A stretch of DNA of 64,000 nucleotides from a candidate division WOR-3 bacterium (GTDB lineage: Bacteria; Hydrothermota; UBA3073), in assembly GCA_030606335.1 (NCBI GenBank), contig JAUWGP010000009.1, forward strand, positions 10,363 through 74,362. The letters run 5' to 3'. Numbering within the stretch: position 1 is the first letter of the stretch; each line of letters begins with the position of its first letter. The notes beneath the pieces are model-generated. The model was not told the DNA's origin, searched no databases, and saw nothing but the letters and a program-made list of their open reading frames with translations. Both the position numbers and the translations under genes were made by a program. Below are positions 47,428-58,762 of this stretch, one piece after another.

Positions 47428-48975
47428 TTACTCAAGGGAAAACATATAGTATGAGTTTGCCATACCACCAAAATATAACTGAACTTCTACAGATGGGAAT
47501 TTTTTCTTAATCTGATTTGAAAGATTTTTAAAGGTCTGTTCTTCAAGGACTTTTCCATAATATACTGTAATGAGGCTGTGTTCCTCTATTAACTTGGATA
47601 TTGATTCTAAAAGACAGTTTATAGGGTCACCAGAGACAGAAATAAGTTTTTTATTCTTCACGCAAATTGCATTACCCTTTTTTATCGTAATACCACCAAT
47701 CTTCACATCCCTCACAGCCCATTTTATCTCACTACATATTATATTCTTAATCGCATTCTTCATATCATTTATTACTTCATCAAGATCTCCATCCTCCCTG
47801 AAAGAAAGCAATGCAGCGAGACCTTCTGGAACTGATCTGGTTTCTATAACCTCACATTCAATATTGGAGAGTTGTTTTGCCTTCTTAGCCGCAGGTATAA
47901 TATTATGGTCATTTGGAAGTATGATAGCCTTTTTACCATTTTTCTCCACTGCTTCAACGATTTCACCTATACTGGGGCTTTTTACGTCTGCAAGCACAAC
48001 CGATACACCCATACTTTTTAGAATATCCTTAATCCCCTCCCCTTCACCGTATGCAATAACGGATAATCCATCTATATCCTCACCAAGGAACATCCTCTGC
48101 TCTTTATCCATATCGTTTATCTGCACCCTTATGATATTACCCATATTTTTACATCTTTCAAGAACGAGCGGGGGATTATTGGAATGAATATGAACCTTTA
48201 CAAGCTCTTTTTCGCGACCAACTACAAGGCTATCTCCCAGACCCTTCAGTTTTTCCTTTACATCTAATACAGGTGGATTCATTGTTACATTTATACAAAA
48301 TCTGTAGAAGGATTTTTCGTGCCAAACATCTGCTGTTTTGTCTACTTCTGCTTCCAGTATCTTGGTCTTTTTACCCGTAAGATATGCATCTATAGCCTCT
48401 AATACAAGACAAAACCCCTGTCCTCCAGCATCAACTACACCTGCCTCTTTAAGAATTGGCAATAAATCTGGAGTTCTCTTGAGGGATTCATTTGCTACAT
48501 CCACAATGAATTCAGACAATTCCTTAATACTGTCAAAGGTGCGGTCTTTTACAGCATCCCTTACATCCTCCATAACAGTTAGTATAGTACCTTCAACAGG
48601 GTCACCTATTGCATTTATTGCCTCTTCAGTCGCATGGTCAAATATATCTGATACAGTAGAAAAAGATAGATAATCAGATTTTTCGAGTATATCCCTTACC
48701 CCTGCTAAATACTGAGCAAGTATAACTCCAGAATTTCCTCTTGCTCCCATAACAGTCTCTCTAACAAAAACACTAAGTATTTCCTGAAGTGAACTGTTTC
48801 TTGCACTATTAACTGCTTGTAATCCACTGCTTACAGTGGAGTACATATTGGTTCCAGTATCTCCATCAGGAACAGGAAATACATTCAGACTGTTGAGGTA
48901 ATCTTCATTCTCTTTCAATGTCAGTCTCATAAGAGACAGTATCTTCTTTAAATCTTCAGGTCTTAGAAGAACCAT
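47428..48975 (-). CDS. yloV: DAK2-domain fusion protein YloV
   Basis: N-terminal DAK2/DhaL motif PDGDTGTNM and a C-terminal DegV-like/uncharacterised domain, 515 aa. Confidence 0.85.
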   Translation of the reverse strand: MVLLRPEDLKKILSLMRLTLKENEDYLNSLNVFPVPDGDTGTNMYSTVSSGLQAVNSARNSSLQEILSVFVRETVMGARGNSGVILAQYLAGVRDILEKSDYLSFSTVSDIFDHATEEAINAIGDPVEGTILTVMEDVRDAVKDRTFDSIKELSEFIVDVANESLKRTPDLLPILKEAGVVDAGGQGFCLVLEAIDAYLTGKKTKILEAEVDKTADVWHEKSFYRFCINVTMNPPVLDVKEKLKGLGDSLVVGREKELVKVHIHSNNPPLVLERCKNMGNIIRVQINDMDKEQRMFLGEDIDGLSVIAYGEGEGIKDILKSMGVSVVLADVKSPSIGEIVEAVEKNGKKAIILPNDHNIIPAAKKAKQLSNIECEVIETRSVPEGLAALLSFREDGDLDEVINDMKNAIKNIICSEIKWAVRDVKIGGITIKKGNAICVKNKKLISVSGDPINCLLESISKLIEEHSLITVYYGKVLEEQTFKNLSNQIKKKFPSVEVQLYFGGMANSYYMFSLE

Positions 48976-49108
48976 AATTAATTTAAAAATTTAATAAATT
49001 AAAGAAAAATTTCCTAATTAAATTATACACTTATTTTTATATTTTGTCAAGAAATATTTTCGAGAGCTCTTTAAAAACTACCTTTGAGCTCTCTTTATAA
49101 TATGTGAA

Positions 49109-52100
49109 TCATTCACGCAATCTCACAGAAACAATCTTTGATACACCAGGTTCTTCCATAGTCACACCATAAAGGTAATTTGCTGATTCCATAGTCTGTT
49201 TATTATGAGTAATTAGTATATACTGGGTTTTCTCTGCTCGTCTTTTTATCAATGAGAGGAATCTAAATAAGTTTGCATCATCCAGAGGTGCATCAACCTC
49301 ATCAAGTATCATAAAGGGAGTAGGTTTAAGTTCGTAAACCCCAAAAAAAAGAGCTATCACGGAAAGAGTCCTTTCTCCGGTAGAGAGTTGCTCAATCCTT
49401 CTTAGTTTTTTCCCCTTGGGAGAAACAACTATATCAACATTGGCTACAAGAGGATCTCCATCGCTAAGTAAAAGTCTCGCTTCACCCCCCTGAAAGAGTA
49501 TCTGGAAGATATCGTTAAACTTTTCATTTATTTTCACCATTGCTTCCCTTACTTTATTTCGTGCCTGTTCGTCAAGTAGTTTTATTGTTTCCTCAATTAT
49601 AGACTGTGAACGAATTATGTCTTCCCTTTCCTCTTGAAGGAACGTTAATCTTTGTTTTATTTCCTCATGTTCCTTGATAGCAAGTGGATTCACCGGTTGC
49701 ATTGACTGGAGTCTTTTCTCATAATTTTCCAATCTCTCATTAATATCATCAATCAGATATGACTTCTCTGGTTTGATTACACCCTTACTCTCAAGCTCCT
49801 TAGTTCTGGTTTCTAAACGTGTTATTTCAAGCTCCTGAGAATGCCGTTCCTCCCTGATTGAATACAGCGAATTTCTACTCCTTTCGATCTCCTTTTCAAA
49901 TTCAAAAAGATCAGTAATACCACCAACAAGTTCTATATCTGAAAAATCCACTGTTTCCTTTCTTAAATCCTTTAGTTCTTTAGTAACACCTTTATATGAA
50001 AAAGTCACCTCATCAAGGTTTTGCTTTACTCCCCTCTCTTTTTCTGTGACTGAAGAAAGATTTTTTCTTAACTCTTCAAGGTTTTTATTATAACCATTTA
50101 ATTCCTTATCTAAAAACCTTGATTCATTTTCAAATTTTGAGATTTCTAATTCTTCTTTCTTTCTCGCCTCTATAAGTCTATTCACATAAGCGACATCACT
50201 CTCAATCTTATCTCTGCCCTTCTCTTTTTCTCTAATAAGTTCTGTCAACTTTAAAAGTGTCTCTTCCGGGGATTTCATATCAACCTGGACATCATCCTTT
50301 AGTTCCTTCTTCAGATTATTAAGAGTTTTATCCATTTCCTTAATATCCACCTTTAGTTCCTTTATTCTTAGACTCAGTGTCACACTTTTCCTTTCATAGG
50401 TTATCTTTGCAGTTCGTCTTTCATCCAACAGTTTCCGTTTCTCCTTTATCTTTTTCTCTACCTCTTCAAGCTCCTTTTCTAATCTAGTTTTACTAATTTT
50501 AATCTCAGGTTCTCCTACTTCAAGTATACCAAGATATGTCAGTAATTCTCCATTCTTAGTGACGATAGGTAGATTAAGCCCCTTTTTTCGAAGGGAAATT
50601 GCAGATTTTATATCTGAGGTCACAATGAATATATGTAAAATCGATTCGAGGTATTTATAATTATGGTCTAAGTTAACGAAAGTTGACAAATCCTCATAAT
50701 TTTCCTTAAAATTCCAACCAGGCAGCAAATCTGGACATATAAATTCTCTCCTTTTACCATCAGAGAAAACAACCTCTTCAAGTTTATTAACAAGTATACA
50801 GGACAAAACTGAACCAAGTGCTCCATAAACAATCTTTTCTTTGCCCTTCTTCGCTGTAATAACATCACCAAGTTTTACATAATCCTCATCAGAAATGACG
50901 TCTTTCACATAAATCAACAATCTTGCACGTTCCTGTTCAAGCTTTTGTATAGAATTCTCTATTTCCTCCATATCTCTTGCGGGTGGCTTCAAGTTTTCAG
51001 ATAATCCTAATGTTTTCTTAAGCTCTTTTTCTGCAACACCTTTTCTCTGCTCAGTTCTATCCAGTTCCTCCCTTATGTGTTCTCTTCTCTTCTTATTATT
51101 CTCAACTATTGTCTTTGTTATGATAAGATTTTCTCTTACGGAAGCACTCTCTTTTTTCAATGACTCAATTCCCCTGATAATATCATCTCTTTTCTCATAT
51201 AGTGTTTCATCAACTTCAGGATATAATTTTACTTCATCTCTTTTCGAATCGATACGTTTAAGAATTTTCTTGTAATTATTATCAACATCTTTCCTTGTCT
51301 TTCCAACCTTTAACAAATCTTTCATTATTCTATCTCTCTGTTTAAGAATCTCATCCAATCGATACTTGAGGTTCTCTCTTTTTTCTTTAAGCGAAGACTC
51401 CTGTTTCTCAAGTTGAACCATCCTGTTTCCTATCTCTTTTCCTCTTTCTTCCAGTTCTTTTTTTCTACCCATAATAGATGCTTTTGATTTCTCTAAATCT
51501 TTTACCTTTTTCTGTAATCCTTTTTCCTTAGTGATTAACGATGATATAGTTTCTAACTTCTTATCAATCTGTGCTGTCATATCCTTTAAAAGTATCCACT
51601 TTATATGCCCGATTTCCCTCTTCAGGTTTTCGTATTTGACTGCTCTCCTTGCTGCACTACGAAGCTCTATCTCTCTTGCAGAGACTTCGCTTATAACATT
51701 ATCCAATTTCTCTATATCTGTTTTCATACGCTCAAGTTTCGATAGAGTACTTAATTTATGGTTTCTATATGTTACTACACCAGCGACCTCTTCTACTGTT
51801 CTTCTTCGATAGTATGGATCACCTGAAAGAACAGAATCTATCTCCTCTCGTGATAGAAGGGAATAACCCTGCGGGTTTATTGACTCAAACAACTCTACAA
51901 TATCTCTTTGTAGTACTCTTTTATCATTTAAATAAAATTCATTCTCTCCAGATCGTGTAAGTTTTCTTGAAATAACTACCTCACTTGACTTTATGGGTAG
52001 TACCCCATCATTAAGAAAACATAGTGATACTTCTGCCATTCCTTTCTGGGGTCTCCTTTCGGTACCATGAAATATCAACTCTTGCATGGTCTTTGCTCTG

Positions 52101-52267
52101 AGAAGTGAAGTTCTGCTTTCACCAAGTGCCCATCTAATTGCATCTATAATATTGGATTTTCCACATCCATTTGGACCTATAATGCAATTTATTCCAGGGT
52201 GATACTTTATGATTGTTTTATGGGGAAACGACTTAAAACCGGAGATAGAAATAGATTCAAGATACAT
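49109..52267 (-). CDS. smc: Chromosome segregation protein SMC
   Basis: From the internal Met, MYLESISISGFKSF...GPNGCGKSNIIDAIRWALGE (Walker A). Long coiled coils, a hinge, and a C-terminal LSGGE-like signature region. The ORF-track start at 52303 is probably 12 codons too long. Confidence 0.9.
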   Translation of the reverse strand: MYLESISISGFKSFPHKTIIKYHPGINCIIGPNGCGKSNIIDAIRWALGESRTSLLRAKTMQELIFHGTERRPQKGMAEVSLCFLNDGVLPIKSSEVVISRKLTRSGENEFYLNDKRVLQRDIVELFESINPQGYSLLSREEIDSVLSGDPYYRRRTVEEVAGVVTYRNHKLSTLSKLERMKTDIEKLDNVISEVSAREIELRSAARRAVKYENLKREIGHIKWILLKDMTAQIDKKLETISSLITKEKGLQKKVKDLEKSKASIMGRKKELEERGKEIGNRMVQLEKQESSLKEKRENLKYRLDEILKQRDRIMKDLLKVGKTRKDVDNNYKKILKRIDSKRDEVKLYPEVDETLYEKRDDIIRGIESLKKESASVRENLIITKTIVENNKKRREHIREELDRTEQRKGVAEKELKKTLGLSENLKPPARDMEEIENSIQKLEQERARLLIYVKDVISDEDYVKLGDVITAKKGKEKIVYGALGSVLSCILVNKLEEVVFSDGKRREFICPDLLPGWNFKENYEDLSTFVNLDHNYKYLESILHIFIVTSDIKSAISLRKKGLNLPIVTKNGELLTYLGILEVGEPEIKISKTRLEKELEEVEKKIKEKRKLLDERRTAKITYERKSVTLSLRIKELKVDIKEMDKTLNNLKKELKDDVQVDMKSPEETLLKLTELIREKEKGRDKIESDVAYVNRLIEARKKEELEISKFENESRFLDKELNGYNKNLEELRKNLSSVTEKERGVKQNLDEVTFSYKGVTKELKDLRKETVDFSDIELVGGITDLFEFEKEIERSRNSLYSIREERHSQELEITRLETRTKELESKGVIKPEKSYLIDDINERLENYEKRLQSMQPVNPLAIKEHEEIKQRLTFLQEEREDIIRSQSIIEETIKLLDEQARNKVREAMVKINEKFNDIFQILFQGGEARLLLSDGDPLVANVDIVVSPKGKKLRRIEQLSTGERTLSVIALFFGVYELKPTPFMILDEVDAPLDDANLFRFLSLIKRRAEKTQYILITHNKQTMESANYLYGVTMEEPGVSKIVSVRLRE

Positions 52268-52348
52268 TGGTGGGTAATCAAAACTGTAAAAAACAATACA
52301 CAAGTTAGAATTTTTAACAATATTCCATAGTTATGTGATACGGGTCTG

Positions 52349-52416
52349 GTCTGTCATTGCGAATTCCAATGACCATCAGGGTGAAACAATCTCATATTAG
52401 GGATAGTAATTAGAGA
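52349..52416. repeat. Family A structured repeat, single unit (third locus)
   Basis: CTGTCATTGCGAATTCCAATGACCATCAGGGTGAAACAATCTCAT ... ATGAGATTGCCAC. Confidence 0.75.
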
Positions 52417-52471
52417 TGAGATTGCCACGCTCATCCACCAATTCCAGAAGAATGGGGGATTCATTCTCTAT

Positions 52472-53092
52472 CTATTCCAACTTCATCATTCTTGCCTCAA
52501 ATATATCCTTTATCTCATTATGTATCTTTTCTATAGATTTCGAACCATCGAGAAGTACAAACCTATCAGGATTCTGTCTATGAAGTTTTAGATAACCACC
52601 TCTGACGCGTTTGTGAAACTCCATTGATTCAGACTCAAGCCTATCTTTTCTTTCAATTCTCTTAAGTGCAATCTCAGGCTCAATATCTAAAAGAAAGGTT
52701 AAATTTGGCACTAAGCCCCCGGTTGAAGTCTTATTGAGCTGCGTTATAAGTGTTTTAGATATTCCTCTCCCATCTCCTTGATATACAATAGATGCATCTA
52801 TATATCTATCACATATAACAATCTTGCCCTGCGCAAGGGCAGGTTTTATGACTTCCTGGGTATGTTGTGCTCTTGCAGCAAGATAGAGAAACAATTCTGT
52901 ATAGGGAACCATATCAAGGTGTTGGCGGTCAAGAAGTATCTCCCTTACTTTCTCTGAAAGATCAGAGCCACCTGGTTCTCTTGTTAATATTGAGGAGATA
53001 TCCTTTTCTTGAAAGTACTCATATAGAAGTTTTGCTTGTACAGACTTTCCACTTCCCTCTATACCCTCAAATGTGACAAGATATTCAGTCAT
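52472..53092 (-). CDS. tmk: Thymidylate kinase
   Basis: P-loop FEGIEGSGKS, with DRY/LID motifs present. Confidence 0.9.
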   Translation of the reverse strand: MTEYLVTFEGIEGSGKSVQAKLLYEYFQEKDISSILTREPGGSDLSEKVREILLDRQHLDMVPYTELFLYLAARAQHTQEVIKPALAQGKIVICDRYIDASIVYQGDGRGISKTLITQLNKTSTGGLVPNLTFLLDIEPEIALKRIERKDRLESESMEFHKRVRGGYLKLHRQNPDRFVLLDGSKSIEKIHNEIKDIFEARMMKLE

Positions 53093-53105
53093 AATTACCC
53101 TTTTA

Positions 53106-54197
53106 TCATGCCTTTTTGTTTAAACCAGAATATTTTTTAATAAACTCCTCTACCTTATTTCGCGCTATATCATCAGGAAACTGTACAGGTGGGGACTTCA
53201 TGAAATATGAAGAGGGTTCAATTATACTCCCGGATAAGCCTGCATCTAAAGCAATCTTGAGTGCTCTTATGGCATCGATAACAACCCCTGCTGAATTAGG
53301 GGAATCCCAGACCTCAAGTTTGAGCTCAGCTGTAAGAGGAACATTACCAAAGGTGGTTCCTTCAAGTCTCATAAATGCAAATTTCCTATCTTTTAACCAG
53401 GGAACATAGTCAGATGGACCAACATGAACATCTTCATCAGGGAGCTTATATGACAGTTGTGAAGTAATCGCCTGAGTTTTTGATATCTTTTTAGATTCGA
53501 GTCTTTCCCTTTCAAGCATATTTAGAAAATCGGTATTTCCTCCTACATTCAATTGATATGTGCGTTCAAGCTTAACCCCTCTATCTTTGAATAGGTTTAC
53601 AAGAACTCTATGAACTATCGTTGCTCCAACCTGTGATTTTATGTCATCACCTATTATTGGTAAACCGGCACTTTTAAATCTATCATTCCAATATTTCTGA
53701 GAAGCTACGAAAGCGGGTATACAATTTATAAATCCAACTCCAGCCTGTAATAATTGTTCTACATACCATTTTGTAGCCTCCTCACTTCCAACTGGTAAGT
53801 AGCTAATACACATATCTGTTTTTGTCTCTCTCAAAACCCTGATCATATCAACTGTAGAACCAGGAGCAATCTTTATAATAGGAGCAAGATACTTACCGAT
53901 GCCATCATGAGTCATTCCTCTCAACACAGGAATGTTAAGTTTCGGGACATCACAGAATTTATATGTATTGTTTGGTTTTTTAAAAATTGCATCTGCAAGA
54001 TCCTTCTTAACCTTGTTTATATCTATATCAAATGCACAGGAGAATTCTATATCACTAATTCTATATCCTCCAAAGTTTGTATGCATTATGCCTGGGATTA
54101 ACTCTTTATCGCTTATATTCCTGTAAAAATATACACCCTGAACAAGTGAAGATGCACAATTACCCACACCAATGATACCCACTCTTATCTTACCCAT
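53106..54197 (-). CDS. ino1: myo-Inositol-1-phosphate synthase
   Basis: N-terminal [17 protein letters not shown] is a near-exact MIPS/Ino1 signature. 363 aa, bacterial/archaeal short form. Confidence 0.8.
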   Translation of the reverse strand: MGKIRVGIIGVGNCASSLVQGVYFYRNISDKELIPGIMHTNFGGYRISDIEFSCAFDIDINKVKKDLADAIFKKPNNTYKFCDVPKLNIPVLRGMTHDGIGKYLAPIIKIAPGSTVDMIRVLRETKTDMCISYLPVGSEEATKWYVEQLLQAGVGFINCIPAFVASQKYWNDRFKSAGLPIIGDDIKSQVGATIVHRVLVNLFKDRGVKLERTYQLNVGGNTDFLNMLERERLESKKISKTQAITSQLSYKLPDEDVHVGPSDYVPWLKDRKFAFMRLEGTTFGNVPLTAELKLEVWDSPNSAGVVIDAIRALKIALDAGLSGSIIEPSSYFMKSPPVQFPDDIARNKVEEFIKKYSGLNKKA

Positions 54198-54441
54198 AGA
54201 ACCTCCTTTTTTAACCTACTTCCATTGTGTGTAACACAACCGCAGTGGAGAAGTAAATTATAGTTTATACTTTTAAAAGTTTATAAAAACTATATATAAG
54301 ATAACCCTATATGATAACATACATTTAATAAAAAGTCAAGATATTTTTTATAAAAATAGTTATAAGTATCTTATATTACAGCACATAGTATAATATCAAT
54401 AACAATAAAAACACATATAATTCTCTATGTCAACTTTTTTC

Positions 54442-54470
54442 TTGACATATAATAAAATTTATGTTATAAT
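54442..54470 (+). promoter_or_regulatory. Perfect sigma70 promoter for rpsT (TTGACA-N17-TATAAT)
   Basis: TTGACA at 54442-54447, 17-nt spacer, TATAAT at 54465-54470. An SD-like GGAGGG at 54507-54512 precedes ATG 54522. Confidence 0.65.
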
Positions 54471-54521
54471 CTGCGTGTAATTATAATTAATAATAAAATT
54501 CAAAACATATCTGGAGGGATA

Positions 54522-54779
54522 ATGGCGCATATGCCTTCGACAAGGAAGAGAATAAGGCAGGATAAAGTCAAGAAATCAAGAAATATAGGGTATAAGAGAC
54601 GTATGAAAACGAAGATAGTTACTACAATTGCAGCTACACCGAAGAAAAAGAAAATCAAACTTTCAGAGGCGTATTCTGCAATAGATAAGGCAGCAAAAAA
54701 GAAAATAATACACAAAAATACAGCAGCGAGAAAGAAATCAAGACTTACCAAGAAACTATCTCAACTTAAGGCTGCTTAA
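54522..54779 (+). CDS. rpsT: 30S ribosomal protein S20
   Basis: STRKRIRQDKVKKSRN...IHKNTAARKKSRL matches the S20 family. Basic 85-aa protein. Confidence 0.9.
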   Translation: MAHMPSTRKRIRQDKVKKSRNIGYKRRMKTKIVTTIAATPKKKKIKLSEAYSAIDKAAKKKIIHKNTAARKKSRLTKKLSQLKAA

Positions 54780-55947
54780 CCTCTGATTTAATAAAGCTAT
54801 TTCTTATTCCCAACATATGAGAAAGATTCCTGCATGCCTCAAGCTGCCTCTGCAGGGAGAAGATATGTTCTTTATATTCTTTAAAAGACTCCATCTCTTC
54901 TCGTGAGATGGGGTCTTTTCTTGATGGGGGGTCAAGCTTTAATGGGTCTATCCACCTCCCATCCCTTTTAATTCTAAAGTCAAGATGCGGACCTGTGGAG
55001 AGTCCTGTAGAACCTACGTATCCAATTATATCTCCCTGTTTAACATAACTACCCTTTTTTACCCTTGATACAAACCTTGAAAGATGCCCATAATAACTCT
55101 TATATCTCGAACCATGTTGAATAACTACCTGATTTCCATAACCACCATTCCATTTCCTCAATATAACCTTGCCATCACCGATGGTTTGTACAGGTGTGCC
55201 TGTTGGTGCAGCATAGTCTACTCCATAATGTGGTCTATTAATACGCAGAATTGGATGTAATCTTGACTTACTAAATCCTGAACTTACCCTTGTATATGAT
55301 AGAGGTGCTCTCAGAAACACTCGCTGTAAAGATTTGCCTTCTAAGTTATAATAGTCAGGTCTCTTGCCTTCAGGAGTATAGTAATATGCTCTTAACTCTC
55401 TTCTTATTTGCTTATAGGATGCATATAGTATATTCCCAAATCCAAGAAATTTTTCTCCGATATATCTTTTGTATACAAGAATAGAAAACTCGTCCCCAGT
55501 CCTTGTTTCAACATTAAAATCTATGTCCCAGGCAAATATCTCATCTGCAATCCTGTATACAAGATATGGAGAACCTTTATTCGATATAACTGCCTCCCAG
55601 AACGAACCTCCATCTACGTAACCATGGATAAGTGTTAAAAGAAGCTTCTCCTTCTCCCTTTCAAACCTGTAAAGACTATCTACACTGTATGTAAGGTCCT
55701 TGCCTTCGAAGCTGAATTCAACAAGCATGTTTCCTGACCTTTTAATATTTATTTTATCACCTGGATAGCACTTCCTCACATCTACGCTGTCTTCAAGTAG
55801 TGTTATCAGTTTCACATAGGAATCCCTTTCCAGACCACCCATTTCAATCGCCTCACTAAGTGTGCTGCCTCTCTTCATAGTATGGCTATATTCAATGACA
55901 GAGTCAGGAGATTGAGCTATAATTAATAGGATTGCTAATATCATCAT
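54766..55947 (-). CDS. M23-family peptidoglycan metalloendopeptidase
   Basis: HYGVDYAAPTGTPV...GYVGSTGLSTGPHLDF (the HxxxD and HxH-type M23 motifs). Confidence 0.85.
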   Translation of the reverse strand: MMILAILLIIAQSPDSVIEYSHTMKRGSTLSEAIEMGGLERDSYVKLITLLEDSVDVRKCYPGDKINIKRSGNMLVEFSFEGKDLTYSVDSLYRFEREKEKLLLTLIHGYVDGGSFWEAVISNKGSPYLVYRIADEIFAWDIDFNVETRTGDEFSILVYKRYIGEKFLGFGNILYASYKQIRRELRAYYYTPEGKRPDYYNLEGKSLQRVFLRAPLSYTRVSSGFSKSRLHPILRINRPHYGVDYAAPTGTPVQTIGDGKVILRKWNGGYGNQVVIQHGSRYKSYYGHLSRFVSRVKKGSYVKQGDIIGYVGSTGLSTGPHLDFRIKRDGRWIDPLKLDPPSRKDPISREEMESFKEYKEHIFSLQRQLEACRNLSHMLGIRNSFIKSEVKQP

Positions 55948-56446
55948 ATTATCGTTAGTCCGTATTGTTCTACGGTTACGAAATCTCTACTAAATATAGA
56001 CTAGTATGGTAAGAGCTTAACCCTTACGTTAAAGCAAACCTGAAGGTTTGCCCTACATTAATAGGTTAGCCAAGGCTTCATGATTGCCCTGCTTATAAAG
56101 AGGTGCCACGCAAGTCAACATTGTTACCTTTAACATAATAATTTATGTTCCTCCTGGGCTCATATGATACTATTTAAATTCGTCCCTACAAATACGGCGT
56201 AAATAGTAAACAGTAGACAGCAACAGATGGAGCACCTTGCTCCATGGTTGACAAACAGGAACCCATGTCTGTAGTCCCTACAATTGCAAGGCTTACTTAC
56301 CCTATATCGGGGTTGGGAAACCCCTCCTACTCACTCTACCCTTTGCATTAGCAAGTTAATGCACTCCAAATATCCCACTATATCACTCCATTTTTCCATT
56401 GGATAGGGACGAGCCCTGTCCCTACCATTGTCAGAGGTTGTACTCT

Positions 56447-58627
56447 TTATTTTACTACCATCATCTTACGGCTTACCCTTGACCCTTTGGTTTCCATCAA
56501 ACAGAAGTAAATTCCCTGAGAGACCTTTCTACCCTTATCATCTTCAACCTTCCAGGTAATACAGTTAATTAGTTGATTAGTTGATTGGTTAATTGGGAAA
56601 GACCTGACGAGCCTGCCTGTAACATCATAGATACCTACCTTGACCTTACCTTTCTCTGGAATTGAATACGAGATGGTAAAGAATTCCCTCGCGGGATTGG
56701 GTGTAACGGCAAGGGTCATAACTCCCTCATCCTGAACTGTCTCCTCCTCTATACCCGTTATTTGAAAATGGTATATACCGAGACTCGTGTTGTCTGCGAG
56801 ATATATGTAATCGCCATACGGAGCTATCTCTTCGGGGATTCCCGATGTATTATACCTGTCTACCAGAACAGGCGAATCCGGGGTTGTGGTTTTGAGTATC
56901 GTAAGATATTTATCTCCGACGATATACATAAATGTATCCTGAACTGCAATATCACCATTTTGCACATTGCTGTTAATCCAGAGAGAACCCACAAAATCCA
57001 TGGAGGAAAAATTACCACTAAAATGATAGATAACAAGACTATCCTGATACAGGAAATATCCATATTCACCATCCACGAGTAAAGGTGAATACCAGAGATT
57101 TCTTCCAGGGTCTAATTCCTCTGCAAGAGTTGGGGAAGAGGGATTGGAAACATTCAATATCTTGAATGTTGCCGGGTCATAATCATAGAAAAATAGGAGG
57201 GTATCTATGGCAAAGAGATGCAATGTGTTAACATCATCTTGATAGACCCCTACCTGTTGAAGACTGTCACCTATCACCTGAAATACCCTGAGGGTATCCC
57301 TTACGCTATAGACATATCCATTTGAAACAACAATATCATAGAGATATTGTGATGTTGAAAATGAATTAATTAGTGATAGAGATGGCAGGCTGAGTGCATT
57401 TAAACTATAATGCCAGGAGTTTACATAATATACATAGTTTGAATCAGCTGCCAGCTTAAATACATTGGAAGGAGAGTAATCAGAGAGAAGAGACGGAGAT
57501 GCAGGATTTTGTATATCGTAAGAGAAAATCTGTCCCGGATTCGCCACTATCATATTATTGCTCATCGTTCTTACAAATTGAATGGGTCCCTTATCAGTAA
57601 TAGTGTAAGAGAGGTTGTTCGGAGAAATTGGATCAGATATTCCCATAATGCCCATTCCATAGTAATTTCCCGAGACTGTAGAACGGCTGGCTGTCATAGC
57701 AAGGAGAGTGTCTTCCCCGAACACAAAACCCCCACCCCCACCATACGAAAAAGGAGTAAGTCCAAAGGTGTCTATCTGCGCAGGGTCAGATATATCAAAT
57801 ATGGCTAATCTGCCGCCGTGACGGTAACCATAGAGGATACTATCCAGTTCAACAAAGGAATAGTAGGCATACCATTCGTCAAGAAAGTATCCAGCACTAT
57901 CAGGAGACACCGGATTTGTGATGTCAAAGACCTCCACACCGTAGGATGGATAGCCGGTTCCAACATAGAGATAATTACACACTGCTGCCATACCGCAGCC
58001 CTTTCCCCCAAGGGAAATGGTGTCTATCATATAAATGGAGTCGGGATTAGATAAATTAAGAATATGTATGCTGAGATGGTCATCAGTCATATAACAGTAT
58101 GGATAGTTCACTTGAAGGTCATACGGATAGTTAGGAATTTGAATACTATCTCTTGGAACAGGATTAAGAGGATTGGTAATGTCAAGAACCTTAAGATATG
58201 CGTGTGGGTTCACATAATCCGGGTAGTAGAGCATATTATCATAAATCTCCACTGTGTGTTGAGGGTAATACAGAGACATTCCATTATAGAAATGAAATGT
58301 ATTAAGAATGGATGGTGACGAGGGATCTGTTATATCAAACAGTATTATCCCATTACCAACATCAAATAGATATAGATAGTCATCCTTCACCACCAGATTT
58401 TCGGCATGCCCAGGGGTATTTATGGTATTTATATGGATTGGGGATAAGGGATTTGATATATCGTATATGACAAGCCCCTTAATATTTGGCGTAAGTAGAT
58501 AATTGCCACAAATTACTATATCCCTGAACTCACCCGCCTCAAATAGCTCATCCACCAATGTTATCTCCTGTTGCGCAAGTAAAGGTAACGCGGACAACAC
58601 TAAAACCACAACAAATATTCCTTTCAT
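56447..58627 (-). CDS. Secreted LVIVD-repeat beta-propeller protein with C-terminal T9SS sorting domain
   Basis: Signal peptide. At least seven LVIVD-type repeats (LVIYDISNPLSP, IILFDITDPSSP, LKVLDITNPLNP, VEVFDITNPVSP, LAIFDISDPAQ, FKILNVSNPSSP). C-terminal KVGIYDVTGRLV...GIYFCLME...K tail. Confidence 0.8.
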   Translation of the reverse strand: MKGIFVVVLVLSALPLLAQQEITLVDELFEAGEFRDIVICGNYLLTPNIKGLVIYDISNPLSPIHINTINTPGHAENLVVKDDYLYLFDVGNGIILFDITDPSSPSILNTFHFYNGMSLYYPQHTVEIYDNMLYYPDYVNPHAYLKVLDITNPLNPVPRDSIQIPNYPYDLQVNYPYCYMTDDHLSIHILNLSNPDSIYMIDTISLGGKGCGMAAVCNYLYVGTGYPSYGVEVFDITNPVSPDSAGYFLDEWYAYYSFVELDSILYGYRHGGRLAIFDISDPAQIDTFGLTPFSYGGGGGFVFGEDTLLAMTASRSTVSGNYYGMGIMGISDPISPNNLSYTITDKGPIQFVRTMSNNMIVANPGQIFSYDIQNPASPSLLSDYSPSNVFKLAADSNYVYYVNSWHYSLNALSLPSLSLINSFSTSQYLYDIVVSNGYVYSVRDTLRVFQVIGDSLQQVGVYQDDVNTLHLFAIDTLLFFYDYDPATFKILNVSNPSSPTLAEELDPGRNLWYSPLLVDGEYGYFLYQDSLVIYHFSGNFSSMDFVGSLWINSNVQNGDIAVQDTFMYIVGDKYLTILKTTTPDSPVLVDRYNTSGIPEEIAPYGDYIYLADNTSLGIYHFQITGIEEETVQDEGVMTLAVTPNPAREFFTISYSIPEKGKVKVGIYDVTGRLVRSFPINQSTNQLINCITWKVEDDKGRKVSQGIYFCLMETKGSRVSRKMMVVK

Positions 58628-58762
58628 ATAATCCTCCCTGTTATAAGATATTTAATCATAGAGCTATACTATCGTGATTACTATTTAAATCTCTTAAGCT
58701 CGTATTTATATAAGCTGGATAACTAACCATCTTGTCAAACGAATGTAGAAGAGATAAACGTC

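Noticed and set aside
47570-48187. 205-aa plus-strand ORF
   Set aside because: It is antisense to the well-supported DAK2/YloV gene. The product is low-complexity and Ser/Pro-rich, typical of shadow ORFs. Other shadow ORFs include 23499..23834, 11993..12508, 34897..35322, 3901..4155, 5009..5329 and 54500..54751.
55948-56446. RNase P RNA or tmRNA in the 500-bp gap
   Set aside because: I could not find the P4 GGAAAGUCCGG-type motif, the ACAGAACCCGGCUUA 3' motif, a tRNA-like GGUUCGAnUCC T-arm, or a tag-peptide frame. It is left as an unassigned candidate only.
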